Shown here piece by piece: positions 17,152 to 24,507 of a stretch of 36,348 bases of DNA (the stretch's first letter is position 1; every line of letters starts with the position of its first letter). Location of the stretch: the NCBI GenBank assembly GCA_947628685.1, contig CANRAT010000003.1, positions 1 through 36,348 of the forward strand, in the 5' to 3' direction. Below the pieces are notes generated by a model, which was not told where the DNA came from, did not search any database, and saw nothing but the letters and a program-made list of their open reading frames with translations. The translations under genes were made by a program, and so were the position numbers. The stretch comes from an uncultured Bacilli bacterium. Its GTDB lineage: Bacteria > Bacillota_I > Bacilli_A > RF39 > UBA660.

Positions 17152-17444
17152 TAAAAAAATTGGGACCACTAGAGAGTTTAATTAAAATGATACCAGGTGT
17201 ACCAAAAGAGTTAAAGAGTGTTAAAATAGACTCTAAAGATATGGCACATATAGAGGCTATAATTCTTTCAATGACACCATATGAAAGAAGACATCCAGAA
17301 ATTTTAAAAGCATCTAGAAAAATTAGAATTGCTAAAGGTTCAGCAAGAAGCGTAGAAGAAGTAAATAGATTGCTTAATCAATTCGAACAAATGAAAAAAA
17401 TGATGAAAATGATGAAAAACGGAAATATGAAAATGCCATTTTAG
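17152..17444 (+). pseudogene. ffh: Duplicated 3' end of ffh (M-domain fragment); 292-bp direct repeat, copy 2
   Basis: Identical to 5947-6238; only the last stop-codon base differs (TAG versus TAA). No RBS before the TTG at 17160. Confidence 0.95.
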
Positions 17445-17447
17445 AAC

Positions 17448-17488
17448 ACAAAAAAACTATTGTAAAAAAAGTAGTTTTTTTGTATAAT
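17448..17488 (+). promoter_or_regulatory. Terminator-like hairpin overlapping the sigma-A promoter of cassette 2
   Basis: ACAAAAAAACTAT / GTAGTTTTTTTGT stem (17448-17483); TTGTAA (17460)-17 bp-TATAAT (17483). Confidence 0.55.
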
Positions 17489-17550
17489 ATATTTGTATAG
17501 AATAGAAGATATATTTAAAAAAACTATTTTTATGATAGGAAAGTGGTTAT

Positions 17551-17805
17551 ATGAAAGAAAATAAAATAAATGTAGAATTAATAGTTCCATGCATAGGCCA
17601 AAAGTATAATTTGTTTATACCTGTAAATAAAACTGTAGGAGAAATAATAAAAATTCTAAATAATATTATAAATGATATGACCGGTTGTTTTCCTTCAAAT
17701 AATAAACTATGTATAATGAATGTTTTTGAAAATGTGATATATGATAGTAAAACTGAAATATTAAATTCTGGTATTAAGAATGGCTCTGTTTTAGCTTTAA
17801 TATAG
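17551..17805 (+). CDS. esaB: EsaB/YukD-like ubiquitin-fold T7SS protein, paralog 2
   Basis: 84 aa; NKINVELIVP..GQKYNLFIPVNK...SGIKNGSVLALI aligns by eye with 10941-11192. Confidence 0.75.
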   Translation: MKENKINVELIVPCIGQKYNLFIPVNKTVGEIIKILNNIINDMTGCFPSNNKLCIMNVFENVIYDSKTEILNSGIKNGSVLALI

Positions 17806-17817
17806 TTGGTGATAAAA

Positions 17818-20800
17818 ATGAAAGTTATTGTAGAAAGTGAAAAAAATTTAAATATAACATCTTTGCCAGAAAGTGTTACAGGAAATTACTGGATATTAGA
17901 TAATAATTCTAAAAATTTATTAAATGTAATAGGCGAAAATGGCAAATGGGTATTAAAAAGTAATGCTGATATAAAAATAAGCGCTAATATATTAAAAGAT
18001 GATTTGGATAATATAAATTTTATAGATTCAGCTGTATTAGATGTTAATAGAATTTATTATGCAGCTAATTCAGTAACTAAGGAAAAATATATATTATATA
18101 CATTACCTAGTTATGAAAATTTTGAAAATTTACTTATAGATTATACTAAGACGAATAATATTGTAATTGGAATAGATAGCAGTTGTGATATAACGGTTAA
18201 AAATATATTATTTGAATCAAAACAATTAAGTTTCGAATATGTAAACCAAAATGGTGGAGTTTTAGTAAAAAATTTATCTAATAGAGTCAAACTATTTATT
18301 AATAATAAATTTTGTAATCAGTCATATTTAAATAGAGGTGATATTCTATTTGTTGGAGGTTTATTTATATATTTTTTTGGCACTTTAATACTTGTCAGTA
18401 ATAATAAAAATGATTTAGTTTTTAATTCTTCTAAATTAACTAAAAGAATGATGTATGAAAACCCTGATATAGATTATTCTAGTTTAATAGATAGGGAAGT
18501 ATCTTTCTTTGATAAAAGTAAATATTTTCAAAGACCACCTAGATTTAAAAGACAAATAGAAAAGAAAATATTTAACATAGATGCTCCAACGCAAAAAGAA
18601 AAACAAGATGATATGCCATTGATTTTTACTGTCGCTCCTATGCTTACTATGGGTATGATGAGTATGGTATCAGGGGCAACTGCACTCCAAAAAGTTTTGA
18701 GTGGAGAAAGTACAATAAAAGAGCAATTTCCATCCTTACTTATGTGTGGGTGCATGCTCGTTTCAATGATTTTATTCCCTTTATTTCAAAAATTTTATAC
18801 TAAACGTAAAAAAATTCAAAAAGAAAAACAAAGAAGAAAAAAGTATAAAAATTATATTGATGAAAAACGTGAAGAAATAAAAAAAGAAATAAATTATCAG
18901 AAATCAGTATTAGTTGAAAATAATTTGCCTATTGAAAATGTTAGAGATGTTATTTTAAATAAATCAAGGACACTGTGGGAAAGAAAAATAGAACACAATG
19001 ATTTTTTGGAATTAAGACTAGGCATAGGGACTAGAAAGCCTGATATAGAAATTAAATATCCGGAGGAACACTTTACACTAGATGAAGATGATTTAAAAGA
19101 TTTAATAGCAGATTTAATTAAAGAAAATAATGATTTAAAGGATGTCCCTATTACATTAAATTTTAAAGATCATAACAAAGTGGGACTTATAGTAGAAAAA
19201 AATATAACAAGAAGTTTTCTTGATAATTTAATGCTACAAATTATGGCTTTTCATGGGTATGACATGTTAAGATTAGTTATTTTAACTAATGGAGAAAATA
19301 AATCTTATTGGGAAAAATATAAAAGTATTCCTTTTTTATGGAATAATGATAAAAGTGTAAGATATTATGCATCAAATAAGGATGATGTTAACAAAATAAC
19401 TAGCATATTAATGGAAGAATATAACTATAGAAAAGAAACAAATAGTGAAAATAAAGAAATATCAAAATTTATTCCATATTATTTAGTTGTAACTGATGAT
19501 ATAGTATCTGTAAAAAATAATGTTTTTATTAGTGAAATCTTAAAAAGTGAAATTAACTTGGGATATAGTATAATTATGGTAGATAATAAATTAAACAATA
19601 TTCCTAATGAATGTAGCATGTTTATCAATGTTGCTCAAAATTCTAGTGCGATATTTACAAATGAAATGACTGAAGGTAATCAAATAATTTTTAGACCAGA
19701 TTTTGTAAACTTTTCACTAAGAAACTGTATTATTAATATAAGCAATATTCCTATGGATATAAATGGCGGTAAATTTGTATTACCTAAAAAATATGGATTT
19801 TTAGAGATGTTTGATGTTGGTAATGTCAATCAGTTAAATATTATTAATAGATGGAAAAATAATGATATAACTAATTCTTTGGAAGCACCAGTTGGAATAG
19901 ATGAGCAAGGAGAATTATTTAAATTGGATTTACACGAAAAAACTCATGGCCCACACGGACTTGTTGCAGGTATGACTGGTAGCGGTAAATCTGAATGGAT
20001 AATTACATATATTCTTTCTATGGCAATAAATTATAGTCCTGAAGAAGTGCAATTTGTTTTAATTGATTACAAAGGTGGAGGACTTGCTTTAACATTCGAT
20101 AATAGAGAAACTGGAGTTAAACTTCCACATGTTGTAGGTACTCTCACTAATTTAGATATAGTTGAGATGAATAGAAGTCTAGCAAGTATAAATAGCGAAC
20201 TTAAAAGAAGACAAAATATGTTTAAAGAGGCTCGTGAAAAATTAAATGAAAGTAGTATGGATATATATAAATATCAATCATTATATAGAGCAGGAAAGTT
20301 AGAAGAGCCTATGAGTCATTTATTTATAATAAGTGATGAGTTTGCTGAGTTAAAAAGTCAGCAGCCAGAGTTTATGGATGAACTTATTTCAGCTGCTCGT
20401 ATAGGACGTTCACTTGGAGTACATTTAATTCTTGCAACACAAAAACCTAGTGGAGTAGTTGATGATCAAATATGGTCTAACTCTAAATTTAGAGTTTGCT
20501 TAAAAGTTCAAGATAAAAGTGATTCAAACGATATGTTAAAGCGCCCTGAAGCAGCAATGCTTAAAGAAACAGGTAGATTTTATTTACAAGTAGGTTATAA
20601 TGAATTTTTCGCACTAGGACAATCGGCTTATGCAGGAATGCCGTATTATGAAAGTGATAAAAAAATTACAGTAGTTGATTCAACAGTAGATTTTATAGAT
20701 GAAATTGGTAGAGTTATTAAAAAGGGTGATTTAGAGAAAAATAATACACAGTTTGTTCATAAAGGCGAAGAACTTCCAAATATTTTAAATTATATAATTG

Positions 20801-22425
20801 ATGCAGCTAAAACTCAGAATTTAAAAATCAAACCACTTTGGCTTAGTAGTATTCCAGGAACGATATATGTTGATAAATTAAAAGAAAAATATAATTATCA
20901 AAAAGAAGATTATGTTTTAAATCCTATTGTTGGTGAATACGATGACCCACATAAACAGCAACAAAATTTATTAACAGTACCACTTAGTAAAGATGGCAAC
21001 TTCTTATTATATGGGGCAAGTGGTAGTGGAAAAGAGTTATTCTTGACAACTTTATTATATTCACTAATAACTACTTATACTCCAGATGAGGTCGGAATAT
21101 ATATATTAGATTTTGGAACAGAGGTATTAAATAATTTTACTGAAAGTTCACATGTAGGGGATGTAGTACATTCTGGTGAAGATGAAAAAATAGATAATTT
21201 GTTTAAGTATATAAAAACTGAAATAGATTTAAGAAGAAAGAAATTTTTACAATATAATGGTAGTTATGAAGATTTTATTGCAAATTCAGATAAAAAAATA
21301 CCAAATATAGTTGTAGCTATTAACTCATTTGATGTCTTTGAAGAATTATATAACAACCAAGCAGAAAAATTATACGAATTAACAAGAGAGTGTAATAAAT
21401 TTGGAATATATTTTGTACTTACTGTAAGTTCTATTAATGGAGTAAAAAGCAAATTATTGCAAACATTTAAAACAATATATTCTTTGCAACTTAACAATGA
21501 ATTTGATTATAGAAGCATTTTTGGAAATACTAACGGTGTTACTCCTTCAAAACTATATGGTAGAGGATTATTTAAGAAAGATAGGGTATTAGAATTTCAA
21601 ACTGCATTTGCTTTTGAAAGAGATGAACTTTATAAAAAAATACTTGAAATGTCAATTAAATCATTTATGAAATATAAGACAAAAATGAAACAAATACCTG
21701 TATTACCTAAAGAGGTTGAGTTTGGACATATTAACAAAGGAGAACTTGGATTTAATTTTATACCTGTTGGTCTAGTAAAGAAAGATTTAGGAATTGCTAG
21801 TATAAAACTAAAAGATGAACTTAGTTATTTAATAAGTTTTAGAGATTTTGATGAAAATGTTACATTTATCGATAAATTCTTACGTATATTAGATAGCGGT
21901 AATATGGATACAATAGTTTTTGATGCTAAATATATTTATGAAACAAACGATTTTAAAAAGATAAGATATTTAAATACAGGATATACAGGTATGTTAGAGA
22001 CATTGAATAAGTTTGTTAATGAAGTAGATGATGTTTTAAAAAATAATAAAAACAATATGAGGGCAATCAAGAATATTGGTGAAGTATTATGTGTCGTTAT
22101 AGGATTTGATAAATTTATAAGTTCATTATCTAAAGAAGATAAAGATATATTTATTAATATATTAACAAAAGCAAAAGATAATTTAAAAATTCATTTTATA
22201 TTTATAGATATTCCAGCAGGATTTAAACCTTATGAATTCGAATCTTGGTATAAATCAACGATAGATGTATCTACTGGGCTTTATATAGGTGATGGATTTG
22301 CGGAACAATATTTAATTAAACCTACAAAAGTTCTTCAAGACTATTATGCAGTTATAGGAAATAACTTTGGATATATAGTTGAAAAAGGACAAGTTAAGTT
22401 TATTAAGATAATTGAAAAAATGTAA
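17818..22425 (+). CDS. essC: Type VII secretion ATPase EssC, paralog 2
   Basis: Same architecture as paralog 1: FHA-like N-terminus, 2 TM helices, HGPHGLVAGMTGSGKSE, DEFAELK, RSLGVHLILATQKP, second ATPase GASGSGKE, degenerate third domain. Start set at ATG 17818 after GGTGA. Confidence 0.95.
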   Translation: MKVIVESEKNLNITSLPESVTGNYWILDNNSKNLLNVIGENGKWVLKSNADIKISANILKDDLDNINFIDSAVLDVNRIYYAANSVTKEKYILYTLPSYENFENLLIDYTKTNNIVIGIDSSCDITVKNILFESKQLSFEYVNQNGGVLVKNLSNRVKLFINNKFCNQSYLNRGDILFVGGLFIYFFGTLILVSNNKNDLVFNSSKLTKRMMYENPDIDYSSLIDREVSFFDKSKYFQRPPRFKRQIEKKIFNIDAPTQKEKQDDMPLIFTVAPMLTMGMMSMVSGATALQKVLSGESTIKEQFPSLLMCGCMLVSMILFPLFQKFYTKRKKIQKEKQRRKKYKNYIDEKREEIKKEINYQKSVLVENNLPIENVRDVILNKSRTLWERKIEHNDFLELRLGIGTRKPDIEIKYPEEHFTLDEDDLKDLIADLIKENNDLKDVPITLNFKDHNKVGLIVEKNITRSFLDNLMLQIMAFHGYDMLRLVILTNGENKSYWEKYKSIPFLWNNDKSVRYYASNKDDVNKITSILMEEYNYRKETNSENKEISKFIPYYLVVTDDIVSVKNNVFISEILKSEINLGYSIIMVDNKLNNIPNECSMFINVAQNSSAIFTNEMTEGNQIIFRPDFVNFSLRNCIINISNIPMDINGGKFVLPKKYGFLEMFDVGNVNQLNIINRWKNNDITNSLEAPVGIDEQGELFKLDLHEKTHGPHGLVAGMTGSGKSEWIITYILSMAINYSPEEVQFVLIDYKGGGLALTFDNRETGVKLPHVVGTLTNLDIVEMNRSLASINSELKRRQNMFKEAREKLNESSMDIYKYQSLYRAGKLEEPMSHLFIISDEFAELKSQQPEFMDELISAARIGRSLGVHLILATQKPSGVVDDQIWSNSKFRVCLKVQDKSDSNDMLKRPEAAMLKETGRFYLQVGYNEFFALGQSAYAGMPYYESDKKITVVDSTVDFIDEIGRVIKKGDLEKNNTQFVHKGEELPNILNYIIDAAKTQNLKIKPLWLSSIPGTIYVDKLKEKYNYQKEDYVLNPIVGEYDDPHKQQQNLLTVPLSKDGNFLLYGASGSGKELFLTTLLYSLITTYTPDEVGIYILDFGTEVLNNFTESSHVGDVVHSGEDEKIDNLFKYIKTEIDLRRKKFLQYNGSYEDFIANSDKKIPNIVVAINSFDVFEELYNNQAEKLYELTRECNKFGIYFVLTVSSINGVKSKLLQTFKTIYSLQLNNEFDYRSIFGNTNGVTPSKLYGRGLFKKDRVLEFQTAFAFERDELYKKILEMSIKSFMKYKTKMKQIPVLPKEVEFGHINKGELGFNFIPVGLVKKDLGIASIKLKDELSYLISFRDFDENVTFIDKFLRILDSGNMDTIVFDAKYIYETNDFKKIRYLNTGYTGMLETLNKFVNEVDDVLKNNKNNMRAIKNIGEVLCVVIGFDKFISSLSKEDKDIFINILTKAKDNLKIHFIFIDIPAGFKPYEFESWYKSTIDVSTGLYIGDGFAEQYLIKPTKVLQDYYAVIGNNFGYIVEKGQVKFIKIIEKM

Positions 22426-22450
22426 AGTGAAAGTAACCTTTCATTTTTTC
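22424..22450 (+). terminator. Intrinsic terminator after essC2
   Basis: AAAGTGAAAG-TAAC-CTTTCATTTT followed by T residues. Confidence 0.65.
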
Positions 22451-22458
22451 ATTTTTAA

Positions 22459-22487
22459 TTGACTTTTAAATATTAGATTGATAAAAT
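22459..22487 (+). promoter_or_regulatory. Sigma-A promoter of the methyltransferase-like gene
   Basis: TTGACT-17 bp-TAAAAT with a TGn extension. Confidence 0.6.
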
Positions 22488-22502
22488 TAAAATGGTGATC
22501 CT

Positions 22503-23255
22503 ATGATAGAGTTAATAAGTAATAAAATAGTATTGGATGGCAATTATGAAATTAGAGAATATTATACAGATAATGGGATTGTAAGAACATTTTGCTCTGA
22601 TGGACAGATTCAGTCAGCAGAATATATTGATAAAGAAAAAAGAGATTTTTTAGTATTAAATTATCTTACTTTTTTTAATATACCATTTGACTTAAACCCT
22701 AACGGAAAAGATTGTTTAATGTTAGGTGGAGGAACATTAACATATCCAAGTTATTTTTTAAGAAATTTTTTTGATAAAAAAATAGATGTTGTTGAAATAG
22801 ATAAATATTGTATAGATATTGCACAAAAATACTTTTTTATTGCTGAAACTTTAAAAAAATATGATTTAAATAGAGAAAGGATTAATATAATTATTGAAGA
22901 TGCGGTTAATTATGTTGAAATTTGTAATAAAAAATATGATTACATTTTAATAGATTTATTTAAAGGTAAAAATCCACTAAAAGGTATATACAAAAAAGAT
23001 AGTTTACTTAACATAAAAAATTTGTTAAATAAAGGAGGAATCATAGTAGCAAATTACATAATGTTTAAAGAGAATAGTTATAAAGAAGATATAGAAAATT
23101 TAATTAATTTATCTAAATATTACAAAATAATTACCGATAAAGAAAATTATGATTTTCAAAATAAATTTGGGAATGTGTTTGTAATATTATCTGATAATGA
23201 AATAGTAATTCAAAATAAATATAATTATATTGAATTAGATAAGGATGTGATTTAA
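22503..23255 (+). CDS. Spermidine-synthase-like class I SAM-binding protein
   Basis: CLMLGGG (motif I), IDVVEID, IIIEDA..YV, KYDYILIDLF, LNKGGIIVAN. Confidence 0.8.
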   Translation: MIELISNKIVLDGNYEIREYYTDNGIVRTFCSDGQIQSAEYIDKEKRDFLVLNYLTFFNIPFDLNPNGKDCLMLGGGTLTYPSYFLRNFFDKKIDVVEIDKYCIDIAQKYFFIAETLKKYDLNRERINIIIEDAVNYVEICNKKYDYILIDLFKGKNPLKGIYKKDSLLNIKNLLNKGGIIVANYIMFKENSYKEDIENLINLSKYYKIITDKENYDFQNKFGNVFVILSDNEIVIQNKYNYIELDKDVI

Positions 23256-23301
23256 CATATATTAATAGACAACTTTTAAATGTAGAAACATTTAAAAACT
23301 G

Positions 23302-23331
23302 TTGACAATTAAATGATTTATATGTTATTAT
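23302..23331 (+). promoter_or_regulatory. Sigma-A promoter of the cassette 2 substrate operon
   Basis: TTGACA-18 bp-TATTAT with TGn; preceded by a 10-bp inverted repeat at 23274-23297. Confidence 0.55.
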
Positions 23332-23393
23332 TGAGTAGGATACGATAATAAGTATCTATAATGGATGTCATATTGTAAGGGAAGGTGGTTTTT

Positions 23394-24011
23394 GTGGCAA
23401 TACATTGTGTAAATCCAAATACAGTTGGAACTCAAGCAGAAGAAATGTTTAATATAACAAATACAACTGGTAGAGATTTAATTAATAGTTTTAGCACAAC
23501 TATAGAAAATTTAAAAAGTCATTGGAAAGGTTCAGATGCAGTGGCAAATTTAACAGATTTATCTAAAGTTTATACTGCAGTAACAGATTTAGTAAAAAAT
23601 CTACAAAATATTATTGTTAGTGTTAATAATAATGAAGTAGTTCCAATGCAAAAACATATTGTAGCTAGTGGAGGATCTTGTACAATAGGAAACGAACTTG
23701 CTGTAACTTTAAATGGAGTTGAATCAGTTATATCTGTACCAACGGAGGCAGTAGAGAGTTGGACTGATCCAGCAATTATTGCTGATGCACAGACATTTAC
23801 TAATTTTCCAACAACATTTGAAAATTTTGTAAATGCATTGAATGAAGCGAAAAATAATTTATTGAATAATTGGTTAGATGGAGCAAACAGGGCAGATGTA
23901 GTAACAACATTTGAAAATTTCAATAACAATGTTCCAGATTATAAAAGTCAAATAACAAAAGTTAGAGATAATTTAAATATAGTTGCTGAAAATAAAAAAC
24001 AATTATTATAG
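23394..24011 (+). CDS. Tandem (double) WXG100-like protein
   Basis: About 205 aa, two roughly 95-aa helical hairpins with SHWKG and NWLDG turns. GTG 23394 is the likely start after GAAGGTGG. Confidence 0.7.
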   Translation: MAIHCVNPNTVGTQAEEMFNITNTTGRDLINSFSTTIENLKSHWKGSDAVANLTDLSKVYTAVTDLVKNLQNIIVSVNNNEVVPMQKHIVASGGSCTIGNELAVTLNGVESVISVPTEAVESWTDPAIIADAQTFTNFPTTFENFVNALNEAKNNLLNNWLDGANRADVVTTFENFNNNVPDYKSQITKVRDNLNIVAENKKQLL

Positions 24012-24020
24012 GATTTATTT

Positions 24021-24052
24021 GAGACAAGATGATTTAAATATCGTCTTGTTTT
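24021..24052 (+). terminator. Hairpin between the WXG gene and the effector genes
   Basis: GAGACAAGATGAT / ATCGTCTTGTTTT stem with G-U pairs. Confidence 0.55.
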
Positions 24053-24078
24053 AGGATTTAGTGTAGGAGGTGCATCAA

Positions 24079-24477
24079 ATGTCATTAATTGTAGCAACTT
24101 TAGTTGTTGGTGGAGCTTTAACCGCTATTGGAATAGGAGGAGGCATTTGGTACGCCAGTACGGAAGATGATAGAGCAAGAGAACGAATTAAGCAATTAGA
24201 AGCTGAAAATGAATCGCTTAATTTTGCAGTAGATTATGTAAGTAACATAAATAACAAACTTAATAGTGCAAAAGATTATTTAAATCAAGCAAAAAAAGAT
24301 TTTCAAAACGGTGGTCATGTTTTAGATGGAGTTCCTTTAGCGGATACGGAATTTACATCTTGTATTAATAAAATAAATGGAGCAATAACGAATGCTACAA
24401 ATCTTATAAATGATTTTAACGCTACGATTGATCAGAATAAAAAAGAAATAAGTAAGGAACAAGAAAAGTTAAAATAA
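24079..24477 (+). CDS. Small helical T7SS effector helper with an N-terminal Gly-rich hydrophobic segment
   Basis: AGGAGG RBS; LIVATLVVGGALTAIGIGGGIW, then coiled coil-turn (GGHVLDG)-coiled coil, similar to 11976-12344. Confidence 0.55.
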   Translation: MSLIVATLVVGGALTAIGIGGGIWYASTEDDRARERIKQLEAENESLNFAVDYVSNINNKLNSAKDYLNQAKKDFQNGGHVLDGVPLADTEFTSCINKINGAITNATNLINDFNATIDQNKKEISKEQEKLK

Positions 24478-24507
24478 TTAAAGTTTTAGCAAAAAGGAGT
24501 GAATTGT

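Noticed and set aside
17160-17444. 94-aa ORF as an independent SRP M-domain gene
   Set aside because: It is an exact duplicate of the ffh 3' end, starting at an internal TTG with no RBS; treated as a recombination scar.
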